Source of the DNA: an uncultured Lyngbya sp.
GTDB lineage: Bacteria > Cyanobacteriota > Cyanobacteriia > Cyanobacteriales > Microcoleaceae
Length of the DNA: 64,000 nucleotides
Assembly (NCBI GenBank): GCA_964571155.1
Contig: CAZNCM010000001.1
Span: 291-64,290, forward strand
Reading direction: 5' to 3'
Every line of letters starts with the position of its first letter. Within the stretch, counting starts at the first letter, position 1. Under the pieces are notes generated by a model that was not told the DNA's origin, made no database searches, and saw nothing but the letters and a program-made list of their open reading frames with translations. Of the stretch, positions 21,217-31,577 are shown piece after piece. The position numbers and the translations under genes are program-made.

Positions 21217-22381
21217 AATTGCCATCATTACGACTCATCCCATCCAGTATTATGCTCCTTGGTTTCGTTATTTAGCTCAAGAAAAAGATTTTTTAATTAA
21301 GGTTTTTTATCTTTGGGATTTTGGAATAACTCAACAGGTTGATCAGGGGTTTAAGCAGTCAATTCAGTGGGATATTCCTTTGTTGTCAGGATATGATTAT
21401 GAATTTGTTCCTAACCAAAGTTTAAATCCGGGAACTCATCATTTTTGGGGATTTAAAAACCCATCATTAGTATCAGTCGTAGAAAGTTTTCAGCCTCATA
21501 GTGTACTCTTAATGTGTTACAACTATGCTAGTATTTATAATTTTATTTGGCGTTGGAACACTCGTAAAGTTCCCCTAATTTTTCGTGGGGATTCCCATCG
21601 AATTTTACCCAGAACAGGCATTAAAGAATGGATGCGTCGTCAATTTATTTCTCTAGTTTATAGTCAATTTTCAGCATTTTTATATGTAGGAAAAGCAAAT
21701 TATAACTACTACACTTATCACGGAGTTTCACCTAAAAATCTGTTTTTTTCTCCCCATGCAGTTGATAATAATCGTTTTTTTTCTCAATCTCAGGAAGCAA
21801 TAAAACAGGCTAAAGTTTGGAAACAAGAACTTAAAATTTCCGAAGATCATGCAGTGATTTTATTTGCCGGAAAATTTGAAAGCAAAAAACGACCACTTGA
21901 TTTACTTCAGGCTTTTATACAGGCTGATTTACCTAAAGTTTCACTCTTATTTGTTGGCGCAGGTTCTTTAGAAAATGAATTGCGATCACAAGCAAAAAAT
22001 CACTCATCAATTTATTTTGCTCCTTTTCAAAATCAAAGTCAAATGCCACGTACCTATGCAATAGCTGATCTTGTCGTTTTACCCAGTTATGGGGCTTGGG
22101 AAACCTGGGGACTGGTGATTAATGAAGCGATGTGTCTTTCTCGGGCAGTTATTGCCAGCGATCATGTTGGATGCGCCCAAGATTTAATTCATTCAAATCA
22201 GAATGGATTAGTCTTTCCAGCAGGAAATATTTCTGCCTTAAAAAATTGTCTACAAAAGGCTTTTTTAGATCTCGCAAAGTTAAAACAGTGGGGAGAAGAA
22301 AGTCGCAATATAATCACAAGTTATAGCTATGTTCAAGCAACTCAAGGACTGAGAAGTGCTATCAATAATCTCAATATTTAA
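21209..22381 (+). CDS. Glycosyltransferase family 4
   Basis: THPIQYYAP, FAGK...KRP, ETWGLVINEAM. Confidence 0.88.
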   Translation: MNKIAIITTHPIQYYAPWFRYLAQEKDFLIKVFYLWDFGITQQVDQGFKQSIQWDIPLLSGYDYEFVPNQSLNPGTHHFWGFKNPSLVSVVESFQPHSVLLMCYNYASIYNFIWRWNTRKVPLIFRGDSHRILPRTGIKEWMRRQFISLVYSQFSAFLYVGKANYNYYTYHGVSPKNLFFSPHAVDNNRFFSQSQEAIKQAKVWKQELKISEDHAVILFAGKFESKKRPLDLLQAFIQADLPKVSLLFVGAGSLENELRSQAKNHSSIYFAPFQNQSQMPRTYAIADLVVLPSYGAWETWGLVINEAMCLSRAVIASDHVGCAQDLIHSNQNGLVFPAGNISALKNCLQKAFLDLAKLKQWGEESRNIITSYSYVQATQGLRSAINNLNI

Positions 22382-22434
22382 TTATTAATTTTACGAACAA
22401 AAATTAGATTTTTTTACTCTCAAAAGGAAACACA

Positions 22435-23421
22435 ATGTATACCTCTGCTTTCCAAAATGTTACTACTAATAAAATCGTTGACTCTCTCCAGCACAAAGGA
22501 TTTTTTGTGTTTGAAGAAGCTTTAACTGAACAGTACATTGATGAGTTACTACAAGAAGTTAATTTTAACCAAGTCTTAGTTAATACGAATGATGTCGGTG
22601 TTGTTATAGCAAAACATCAGAAATTTTTAACTCATTGTCTTGCTCAATCTAAAAAAGCTTACGACTTAATTACCTCACCTCAAATTTTAGAAATTTGTGA
22701 CAACTACTTTCAGGATAGATATGTTTTAATTAATCATCGTATTTATCAAACTCAAAAAATATCCCATATGCCTTGGCATACAGACAATAATCGACAAGTT
22801 GGTAGACAACTTTCAAGTAAGCATGATATGCCAGGATTGCTATTTTTATTTTATTTATCTGATGTTACAAAAAATCCTTTTCAGTTAGTTAAAGATTCTC
22901 ATCTTTGGTCTCATAAACATAACCATGAAATTTATTTAAGTGATAATTTTATAGAAAAAAAACACCAAAAAGATATTTTGAGTTTTCCTCTCAAGAAAGG
23001 AAGTTTAATTCTTTGTAATATTCATGCAGTTCATCGGGCGGAACCGTTTAAAGATAAAAATTATACTCGAAATACTCTACTTTTCCAAGTTGATCAAGTG
23101 GGTTTTAATGTAATTGGACATGGTGAAAAAAATTTAGTCAATACAGAGTTTATGGATAATATAAGCCCTAAAATTATGAACTATTTAGGATTTGGTTATA
23201 AAACTGATTATCCTGCTTTTCCAAATACATCAATTTCGACACTGACCCTTCAAGATTTGATCAGTTTACATCGTCAGCTATTGGCTTTAACGCTAAAATC
23301 AAGTGCTAAAAATTTAGCACTCAGTCTATTACCGGGTGAAATCATAATTCAAATCAAACGAATTCTCTGGAATTGGAAATCTAAGCAAATTAATACCGTA
23401 AAAATTAAAGACATTAAATGA
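22435..23421 (+). CDS. Phytanoyl-CoA dioxygenase-like Fe(II)/2-oxoglutarate oxygenase
   Basis: L..KGF.V.E N-terminus, WHTD (HxD), KKGS......VHRA, distal Arg. Confidence 0.75.
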   Translation: MYTSAFQNVTTNKIVDSLQHKGFFVFEEALTEQYIDELLQEVNFNQVLVNTNDVGVVIAKHQKFLTHCLAQSKKAYDLITSPQILEICDNYFQDRYVLINHRIYQTQKISHMPWHTDNNRQVGRQLSSKHDMPGLLFLFYLSDVTKNPFQLVKDSHLWSHKHNHEIYLSDNFIEKKHQKDILSFPLKKGSLILCNIHAVHRAEPFKDKNYTRNTLLFQVDQVGFNVIGHGEKNLVNTEFMDNISPKIMNYLGFGYKTDYPAFPNTSISTLTLQDLISLHRQLLALTLKSSAKNLALSLLPGEIIIQIKRILWNWKSKQINTVKIKDIK

Positions 23422-24533
23422 AAATTTTATTAATTGGAAATTACGAACCTGATGCAATTATTAGCATGGAGCGATTTTTAATAATGCTCGCTACTACCTT
23501 GCCTATGTTTGGTCATCAGGTGCGAATTTTACGCCCTAAACCTAAGTTCAGAAACTTTCAAGCAACTTTAAAACCAATAGGAAAATGGTTAGGTTACATT
23601 GATAAAATTTTTCTATTTCCGTTAGAACTACATCAAGCATTATCTTGGGCTGATGTTGTTCATATTTGTGATCATGGAAATGCAATATATACTCAATATT
23701 TACAACACATTCCTCATGTTGTAACGTGCCATGATTTATTAGCAATTCGCGCAGGTTTGGGAGAATTTACAGAATACAAAACGGGCTGGACTGGTAAACA
23801 ATTACAAAAAATGATTATTAAGGGACTTAATCAAGCTCAAAGTATCGTTTGTGTTTCTAAACAGACTCAAAGAGATTTATTACGTCTTTCATCAATTAAA
23901 CCCGACGCGGTTTCGGTAATTTATCAAGGATTAAATTATACTTATAGTCCGATGAAATCTGACAAAGTAGAATATTATTTAGAAGCTTTAGGAATTTCTA
24001 AAAATTGTCACTATATCTTACACGTAGGAGCCAATCATTGGTACAAAAATAGATTGGGTGTACTTTCTGTTTTTAAACATTTATTTTTTCTCTATAAATC
24101 ATCTAAACTACATTTAATCATGGTTGGAAAACCTTTCACTTCAGAAATACATAAATTTATTAAAACTCATCACTTAAGTGAAAATGTAATTGAACTCATT
24201 AATATTAATTCAGAATATTTACGTGCGCTTTATTCAGGTGCAATCGCTTTACTTTTTCCATCTTTACAAGAAGGTTTTGGTTGGCCAATTATAGAAGCTC
24301 AAGCCTGTGGTTGTCCGGTATTTACATCCAATCGTCCTCCTATGAATGAAATTGGAGGTGAAGCTGCAATATACATCGATCCTGTTCATCCTCAACAAGT
24401 GGCTGATCAAATCATTTTTCATCTACCTAAACGAAAAGAAATAATCGAACAAGGTTTAATTAATGCTCAAAGATTTAAAACAGAAAATATGATTCTAGAG
24501 TATATCAAGCTCTATCAAAAACTAAAAACATAG
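23418..24533 (+). CDS. Glycosyltransferase family 4
   Basis: TCHDL, FPSLQEGFGWPIIEAQACGCPV. Confidence 0.9.
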   Translation: MKILLIGNYEPDAIISMERFLIMLATTLPMFGHQVRILRPKPKFRNFQATLKPIGKWLGYIDKIFLFPLELHQALSWADVVHICDHGNAIYTQYLQHIPHVVTCHDLLAIRAGLGEFTEYKTGWTGKQLQKMIIKGLNQAQSIVCVSKQTQRDLLRLSSIKPDAVSVIYQGLNYTYSPMKSDKVEYYLEALGISKNCHYILHVGANHWYKNRLGVLSVFKHLFFLYKSSKLHLIMVGKPFTSEIHKFIKTHHLSENVIELININSEYLRALYSGAIALLFPSLQEGFGWPIIEAQACGCPVFTSNRPPMNEIGGEAAIYIDPVHPQQVADQIIFHLPKRKEIIEQGLINAQRFKTENMILEYIKLYQKLKT

Positions 24534-24662
24534 AATATAATTGTAGTTAAAGTATAAAAATGACATCAAATCGAACTTTTAGTTCCGGATCAACGTAATA
24601 AGTTCTGTATTCTGTTAAGCGTCTACTATTTTTAGATCTTTTACAGTTTTCCTAAAATTTGT

Positions 24663-25907
24663 ATGACATTTGATTATAACCCTCGTTATCAGTCCTTGCA
24701 ATTCATTTCAAGTCATACAAACCCACTCCGGATTTGTCAAGTCGTTGCTAGTATTAATGAGCAGACAGGCGGCACTGCTTTTGCCGTTACAAGTCTTGCT
24801 GAAGTTCTTGCTAATCAGGGAATAAGTTCTTATTTATTTACCTTAGATTATCAGCAATGTGGTCAACAAGTTACAACACCTGGAGTTAAAGTTCATAGCT
24901 ATCGTGCTAACCGAATTGCTCGCTATGTTCGAGGACTTCATCCAACTGCTAGTCGTGCGCTGTGGGAATTAGCAGCAACAGAATTAGATTTAATTCACAA
25001 TCATGGTTTATGGATGTTTCCCAATCTTTATGCACGTCAATCTGCCCTGAAACATCAATTACCTTTTGTCATTTCAACTCATGGAATGCTGAATTCGTGG
25101 TCTATCAAATTTCATCATTTTAAAAAATGTATAGCTTGGTTATTATATGAATACAAAAATTTATTAAGTGCTACAGTTTTTCATGCGACTTCTTTTGAAG
25201 AATTCTTAGCAATCCGGAGTTTAGGATTTCGACAACCTATTGCAATTATTCCCAATGGAGTAGAATTTGAAGATCCAATCATTAAATATGATCGAGAGAT
25301 TCTGATTCAAGATTTTCCAGATCTAAAAAACAAAAAATGGTTACTTTTTTTGTCAAGAATACACCCAAAAAAAGGAGTATATAATCTTATTTTAACATGG
25401 AAAATAATTTCAGATATTTTTGACGATTGGCATTTAATTATCGCTGGGCCTGATTCATTTGGATATCAAAAAAAACTAGAACTATTAGTCGCAGAATTAG
25501 GACTTGAGAAGCGTGTCACATTTACAGGGATGCTTTCAGCAGATAAAAAAAAGACGGCATTAACTAATGCTAATCTGTTTGTTTTACCGACCTACTCTGA
25601 AAATTTTGGTATTGCAATTGCGGAAGCTTTAGCCTGTGGAGTTCCAGTGATTACAACTAAAGGTGCGCCCTGGAAAGATTTATTAACCTATGAGTGTGGA
25701 TGGTGGATAGAAAATACACGACCTACACTTGCGGCTGCTTTAACTGAAGCCATGCAACTCTCCGATCAAGAACGTCAAGCAATGGGATTAAAGGGAAGAC
25801 ATTTAGTCAAAACTAAATATTCTTGGAACTCAATTGCTCAAGAAATGTCAAAGGTATATCAATGGATTATCCGAGGATGTAATCCGCCAAATTCTATCCA
25901 TTTTTAA
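24663..25907 (+). CDS. Glycosyltransferase family 4
   Basis: FLSRIHPKKG, SENFGIAIAEALACGVPV. Confidence 0.9.
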   Translation: MTFDYNPRYQSLQFISSHTNPLRICQVVASINEQTGGTAFAVTSLAEVLANQGISSYLFTLDYQQCGQQVTTPGVKVHSYRANRIARYVRGLHPTASRALWELAATELDLIHNHGLWMFPNLYARQSALKHQLPFVISTHGMLNSWSIKFHHFKKCIAWLLYEYKNLLSATVFHATSFEEFLAIRSLGFRQPIAIIPNGVEFEDPIIKYDREILIQDFPDLKNKKWLLFLSRIHPKKGVYNLILTWKIISDIFDDWHLIIAGPDSFGYQKKLELLVAELGLEKRVTFTGMLSADKKKTALTNANLFVLPTYSENFGIAIAEALACGVPVITTKGAPWKDLLTYECGWWIENTRPTLAAALTEAMQLSDQERQAMGLKGRHLVKTKYSWNSIAQEMSKVYQWIIRGCNPPNSIHF

Positions 25908-25959
25908 ACAATTTATTTCTAAAAAAATAAAATTTATTTTTTGATTTGAGAACCGCTCT

Positions 25960-27105
25960 ATGTCTAAAAATAACAAGTTTAACAAAATTCATCTTTGGCT
26001 TCCTAATATGTTTGAATTTAAAGGAGGTATTCAAGTTTATTCATCATTTTTTTTAGAGGCTTTACAAAACATTAATAGCTCAATTAAATATGATGTTTTT
26101 TTAAAGCATGATACTCCCGCTTCTAAGAAACTTGATACTTATAAACATACTAACTTTCACTTTTCCGGCTTATGGCCATTGAAAGTTAGAACTGCAATTT
26201 TTGTTAGTCAAATACTGAGTAGTGGACTTTTACAACATCCTGATCTGATTATTAGCACTCATCTGAACTTTACCATAGCTGCGGACTATTTAAAACGACT
26301 ACGAGGTATTCCATATTGGACAATAGCACATGGAATAGAAGCATGGAATATTAAAAATCCTGCTCGAAAAAAAGCACTTCATAATGCTGATAAAATTCTC
26401 TGTGTTAGCAACTACACACGTAATCGCTTAATTCAAGAACAACATCTCGATCCCAAAAAACTCTCACTTTTATCGAATACATTCGATAGTAATCGATTTA
26501 CAATTTCTGGCAAGCCTTCCTATCTATTAGAGCGATATAAACTCAAACCAGAACAGCCAATTATATTAACCGTTAATCGTTTAGTTAGTCAGGAATCCTA
26601 CCGAGGTTACGACAAAATCTTAGAAGTCTTACCGCAAATTCGTCAAGTTCTACCTAATATTCATTATATTATTGCAGGTAAAGGGGACGACCGACCTCGC
26701 CTAGAAAAATCAATTGCTCAACATCAACTTCAAGACTGTGTTACCCTTGCTGGATTTGTTCCTGATTCAGAACTTTGTGATCATTATAATCTTTGTGACG
26801 TGTTTGCAATGCCGAGTAAACTTGAAGGATTTGGTATTGTTTTTTTAGAAGCTTTAGCTTGTGGAAAACCAGTCTTAGCAGGCAATCAAGATGGTGCAAC
26901 TGATGCTTTATATCAAGGTAAATTAGGAGCTTTAGTTAATCCTGATGATACCAAAGAAATTACTCAAACATTAGTTAAAATCTTACAACATACCTATCCA
27001 CTTTCTCTGATGTATCAACCCGAACAATTACGAAAAAAAGTTATTGAAATTTATGGATTTGAGCAGTTTACAGCTTGCTTAAATCAATATATTAGTAATT
27101 TTTAA
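25960..27105 (+). CDS. Glycosyltransferase family 4
   Basis: GGIQ, AHGIE, EGFGIVFLEALACGKPV. Confidence 0.9.
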   Translation: MSKNNKFNKIHLWLPNMFEFKGGIQVYSSFFLEALQNINSSIKYDVFLKHDTPASKKLDTYKHTNFHFSGLWPLKVRTAIFVSQILSSGLLQHPDLIISTHLNFTIAADYLKRLRGIPYWTIAHGIEAWNIKNPARKKALHNADKILCVSNYTRNRLIQEQHLDPKKLSLLSNTFDSNRFTISGKPSYLLERYKLKPEQPIILTVNRLVSQESYRGYDKILEVLPQIRQVLPNIHYIIAGKGDDRPRLEKSIAQHQLQDCVTLAGFVPDSELCDHYNLCDVFAMPSKLEGFGIVFLEALACGKPVLAGNQDGATDALYQGKLGALVNPDDTKEITQTLVKILQHTYPLSLMYQPEQLRKKVIEIYGFEQFTACLNQYISNF

Positions 27106-27134
27106 AACTTTATCTACCCACAGGATCATCTGAA

Positions 27135-28358
27135 ATGTCTCAAAAATTAGCTATCAAATCTCAAAACTGTTATCCTCATATTTGTCACGTTGTTGCTAGT
27201 ATTAACGAAGAAGTTGGAGGGCCAGCTTATTCAGTTACTCATCTGACTCAAGCTTTATCTAAACAACAAATATTTCCTCACTTATTTACCTTAAATTATC
27301 AAAAAGTTGGTCATCAACTGGCAACAAATGGAGTTACACTTCATAGCTATAATGCGACTCCAGTTGCTCGATATTTGCGAGGTTTTCAACCTAGCGCTTA
27401 TCAACATCTTGAGCAACTTGCTTCTGACAAAATCGATTTAATTCATAATCACGGATTATGGATGTTTCCTAATATTTATGCTCGTCAAGCTGCTTTGGTT
27501 AATAGATTACCTCTCGTTATTTCTCCTAGAGGAATGTTAGAATCCTGGTCACTCAAACATAGTTGGTACAAAAAAAGATTAGCTTGGATTTTATATGAAC
27601 GTAAAAATCTAAAGAGTGCGACTGCTTTTCACGCGACCTCTTTTGAAGAAGTACAGTCAATTCGCCGACTTGGTTATAAACAACCCATTGCATTAATTCC
27701 TAATGGAATCACAATTCCATCACTTTCTAACTTACCCAACCGAGAAGTCTTAATTCAAGCATTCCCCAAACTCAATAACAAAAAATGGTTGCTCTTTTTA
27801 TCGAGACTACATCCTAAAAAAGGAATAGATAATCTTCTCTATGTTTGGCAATCCTTAGTCAGTCAATTTCCCAATTGGCACTTAATTATTGCTGGGCCAG
27901 ATTTAATTTCTTATCAAGCAAAACTTGAATCTTTAACAACTCAGTTACAACTAACAGAAAAAGTTACATTTACGGGAATGCTATCAGGAGAACTGAAAGT
28001 CACCGCTCTCAGTCAATCTGATTTATTTGTCTTACCGACTCATTCAGAAAACTTTGGAATTGCTATTGCTGAGTCTCTCGCTTATGGGACTCCTGCTATC
28101 ACAACTAAAGGTGCGCCTTGGAAAGATTTAGTTGAATACAATTGTGGGTGGTGGATTGATGACAACCAAAAAGCATTAAAAAAAGCTCTACTTGAAGCCA
28201 TAAAATTGTCGGATCAGGAACGTCGAGAAATGGGATATAAAGGACGAATAATGGTTGAGAAAAAATATTCTTGGAATGTAATTGCTGAGGAAATGTCAAA
28301 AGTTTATCACTGGATCTTAGGAGAAGGTAATCATCCAAGTAGTATTCATTTAGATTAA
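27135..28358 (+). CDS. Glycosyltransferase family 4, paralog of 24663..25907
   Basis: FLSRLHPKKG, SENFGIAIAESLAYGTP; shares DLIHNHGLWMFPN.YARQ with paralog. Confidence 0.9.
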   Translation: MSQKLAIKSQNCYPHICHVVASINEEVGGPAYSVTHLTQALSKQQIFPHLFTLNYQKVGHQLATNGVTLHSYNATPVARYLRGFQPSAYQHLEQLASDKIDLIHNHGLWMFPNIYARQAALVNRLPLVISPRGMLESWSLKHSWYKKRLAWILYERKNLKSATAFHATSFEEVQSIRRLGYKQPIALIPNGITIPSLSNLPNREVLIQAFPKLNNKKWLLFLSRLHPKKGIDNLLYVWQSLVSQFPNWHLIIAGPDLISYQAKLESLTTQLQLTEKVTFTGMLSGELKVTALSQSDLFVLPTHSENFGIAIAESLAYGTPAITTKGAPWKDLVEYNCGWWIDDNQKALKKALLEAIKLSDQERREMGYKGRIMVEKKYSWNVIAEEMSKVYHWILGEGNHPSSIHLD

Positions 28359-28470
28359 CTATTTTTATTGAAATCATCAATCACTCCGGATATCTCGTTT
28401 AACGCTGGAAGAAAGGGTTGGAATATGAGTATTTCACAACTCTAAACTTACCTTAAATTAACCTACTTTT

Positions 28471-29604
28471 ATGCAAATTACTATTGTGACAGGCCCTTGG
28501 CTTCCTGTTCCAGCCTTGCAAGGAGGTTCAACAGGAAGAATTTGGCAAGGTCTAGCAGAATCTTTTGCAATTCAAGGTCATCAGGTTAAAATTCTCTGTC
28601 GTTCTTATCCAGGTCAACCCAACCACGAAATCAGGAATAAAGTTACCTATATTCGTCGAGGTGGACTTCCTCAAAGCACAAATATTTATCTGGATTTAAT
28701 TAAAGATTTTGCTTATAGTTTGACAACATTTCCGACTTTACCTTCGGCAGATATTTTAATTATTAATGATTTTTGGTTGCCCTTTTTTGCCGCTACTTTT
28801 CGTCGAGATGCAGGTAAAATAGTCATTCATGCAGGTCGTTTTCCAAAAGGTCAATATCGTTTAGGTTTGTATGCAGGTGTAAGTCGGTTTGTGGCTTTAT
28901 CTCGTGTTATTCAACAGGGAATCGCCCAAGAATATCCAGCGGCTATTCCTCGAATGCGAATCATTCCAAATCCGATTGATACTTCTATCTTTTCGCCTTC
29001 AACTTCTCCTAAACTTAATCGAACGGAAAAAATAATTCTATATGTGGGTCGAGTTCATCCTGAAAAAGGAATTCATCTTCTTATAGATGCTTTTAGTATT
29101 TTAGTTCAAAAAAATTTCCAAGTTCGTTTAAAGATAGTCGGCCCCATAAAAGGAACTCAAGGAGGTGGAGGAGAAGAATATTTCCGCATACTTAAAACTA
29201 AAGCTCAAGGTTTACCGATTGATTTTGTTGATCCAATTTTTGATCCTTGTAAACTTGCTAATACTTATCGTTCGGCTGACTTATTTTGCTATCCTTCTCT
29301 CGCCGAAAAAGGAGAAGCTTTTCCAGTTGCACCTCTTGAAGCAATGGCAACAGGTTTAATTCCTATTATTTCTAATCTTGCTTGTTTTGAAGATTATATT
29401 CAAGACGGAATAGACGGCTACTTTTTCGATCATCGTAGTGATCATGCTGTACAAAATCTGGCTGAAAAATTTGCCTTAGCTATTCAAAATTGGGAACAGA
29501 CGATGAACATTGGGGAAAATGTGGCGAAGAAAGCCCAGCATTATAGCTATGAACAGATTGCCAAAGTATATCTAGATGATTTTGCGGAATTAATCAATCA
29601 ATAG
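28471..29604 (+). CDS. Glycosyltransferase family 4
   Basis: YVGRVHPEKG, EAFPVAPLEAMATG. Confidence 0.9.
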   Translation: MQITIVTGPWLPVPALQGGSTGRIWQGLAESFAIQGHQVKILCRSYPGQPNHEIRNKVTYIRRGGLPQSTNIYLDLIKDFAYSLTTFPTLPSADILIINDFWLPFFAATFRRDAGKIVIHAGRFPKGQYRLGLYAGVSRFVALSRVIQQGIAQEYPAAIPRMRIIPNPIDTSIFSPSTSPKLNRTEKIILYVGRVHPEKGIHLLIDAFSILVQKNFQVRLKIVGPIKGTQGGGGEEYFRILKTKAQGLPIDFVDPIFDPCKLANTYRSADLFCYPSLAEKGEAFPVAPLEAMATGLIPIISNLACFEDYIQDGIDGYFFDHRSDHAVQNLAEKFALAIQNWEQTMNIGENVAKKAQHYSYEQIAKVYLDDFAELINQ

Positions 29605-29658
29605 AGAGATTAAGTTTATATATTTGAAACTGAATTCTATTAAATAAATACCGATTTT

Positions 29659-30426
29659 ATGCTAGAAAAAATAACACCCCTAATTCTCACTTACAACGAG
29701 TCTCCCAACATTGATCGCACCCTTAAACAATTGACTTGGGCTAAACGAATTGTAGTTATTGATAGCTACAGTACAGACTCAACCCTAGAAATTTTGAAGT
29801 CTTATCCTCAAATTGAGATATTTCAACGGGAGTTTGATACTCATACTAATCAATGGAACTATGGTTTAGAACAAGTCAGATCAGAATGGGTTTTGTCTCT
29901 CGATGCGGATTATCAGTTAACAGATAAACTGATAGAGGAAATTAAAAAAATACCTGTTAATACTCAATTTAATAGTTACTTTGTCCGATTTAGATACTGT
30001 GTTTTTGGTCAACCACTGCGAGGAACGATACTTCCGCCCCGAGAGGTTTTATTTAAACGAGAAAAAGGCATTTATATTGATGATGGACATACACAATTAT
30101 TAAGAGTTGAGGGTAACTCAGGAATGTTATCCTCTCATATTAATCACGATGATCGTAAGTCTCTTAGTCGTTGGCTCTGGGCGCAAGATCGATACATGAT
30201 CATCGAAGCTAAAAAACTTCAAGAAACACCTGCATCAGAATTGAGTTTGAGTGATCGCATCCGACAAAAAATAGTTTTTGCTCCTCTAATTATTCTTTTT
30301 TATTGCTTAATTTTTAAAGGTGGAATTTTGGATGGTTGGGCAGGATTTTATTATGCCTTTCAACGAACTTTAGCAGAGATTTTACTCTCAGTTCGGTTAA
30401 TTGAAAGAGAAACTAATAAAACTTAA
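29659..30426 (+). CDS. Glycosyltransferase family 2 (beta-1,4-glucosyltransferase-like)
   Basis: ILTYNE, IDSYSTD, LSLDAD, GILDG..G. Confidence 0.88.
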   Translation: MLEKITPLILTYNESPNIDRTLKQLTWAKRIVVIDSYSTDSTLEILKSYPQIEIFQREFDTHTNQWNYGLEQVRSEWVLSLDADYQLTDKLIEEIKKIPVNTQFNSYFVRFRYCVFGQPLRGTILPPREVLFKREKGIYIDDGHTQLLRVEGNSGMLSSHINHDDRKSLSRWLWAQDRYMIIEAKKLQETPASELSLSDRIRQKIVFAPLIILFYCLIFKGGILDGWAGFYYAFQRTLAEILLSVRLIERETNKT

Positions 30427-30536
30427 ATATTATATCGTAAAATTTTTGATAATAGGTTGAAATAAATTAGTAAAATTAAATCATTAAATGAAAAATATTT
30501 CAATTATTTTAAATACAATTAAAAATCAACCTAGAA

Positions 30537-30582
30537 AAAGCCTTAATGATTATGGGTTTAGTTTGATCAGAATTAAGGCTTT
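30537..30582. terminator. Inverted repeat between convergent operons
   Basis: AAAGCCTTAAT...ATTAAGGCTTT 11-bp arms. Confidence 0.45.
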
Positions 30583-30784
30583 AATTATAAATTAGGAACT
30601 GCGATATGTCAGAGTTAAAAACTTGTGCAGTTGTTTTATCATCAATCTTAATTAATTGTTGTTCTGACAATTGTTTTAATATTGCTTTGAGATCGCGATC
30701 GCATTATTCCAAATATACCTCATATTCAGTCAGTAAAGTGTCTCTAATTTCTGCAACTGTTTTTGGTATCTGAAAATGATAAAT

Positions 30785-31528
30785 TTACCATTTTTGTCTT
30801 GCCCAGACTGTTCCTTTCCACAAACTAATAAATAAAGCACTGGTAATTAAAGCCCCTAGATTCCATTTAATTGAACGCTTAAAAAGGTTTTGGCGCTGGT
30901 TACTACGAGCTTCTTTTGCTCGGGTTGTGAGTTGTTGATCGCTATTTTCTACAACAGTTGATAGACGAGCTTTGATATCTTCAAATTGTTGAAAACTGTC
31001 AATTTCTGGTACACCTCCTTGAGGATTAATCTGAGTCAGTAAATTTTCCATTTCTGCCGGATTATTAACAGTTTTAAGTTGATCTTTAACTTGGTTAATT
31101 TGAGTTTGAACTTGATTAACCTGAGTCGATATTTGTTGATTGGCTTGACGATCAATTCTCAAAGTATTAAACAATCCTAGAGGAATGAGTAATAAAAAAA
31201 TAACTCCATAGAGCAAAGTCAACCAAGATAAAAAACTCACAACCGGAATTTCCCAACGATCTCGGGAATTGCGTTCACCAAAAAAGATTAAGACAAATCC
31301 GAGGAGAGGAACAGCCACTCGTTCTACTAACTGTCCCATTGTTTGTAATTCCCAAGAAGGATTCATAAAATCAGGCGGATACAAGATATCAATTAAGTCA
31401 AATAAACTCAGAACTAAAAATCCATATCCTACCCATCGAATAAGATTAATCGAGCGTAAAAGACTAATATTAAAACGTCGTAAAACTTCTATAGATTGAT
31501 TAGAAGAAGAATGATCAACTTGAGTCAT
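30785..31528 (-). CDS. HpsJ-like membrane protein, cyanoexosortase A-associated
   Basis: PPDFMNPSWELQTMGQLVERVAVPLLG motif, 3 TM + coiled coil + TM, adjacent to exosortase. Confidence 0.8.
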   Translation of the reverse strand: MTQVDHSSSNQSIEVLRRFNISLLRSINLIRWVGYGFLVLSLFDLIDILYPPDFMNPSWELQTMGQLVERVAVPLLGFVLIFFGERNSRDRWEIPVVSFLSWLTLLYGVIFLLLIPLGLFNTLRIDRQANQQISTQVNQVQTQINQVKDQLKTVNNPAEMENLLTQINPQGGVPEIDSFQQFEDIKARLSTVVENSDQQLTTRAKEARSNQRQNLFKRSIKWNLGALITSALFISLWKGTVWARQKW

Positions 31529-31577
31529 AGCTACTAAGAAAAAATAAAAAGTTGACTAAATGAGATTAGAAACAATC

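Noticed and set aside
175-25220. TCCGGA copies inside CDSs (e.g. 175, ~5474, ~16648, ~20023, ~24728, ~25214)
   Set aside because: Number is compatible with chance; not counted as regulatory
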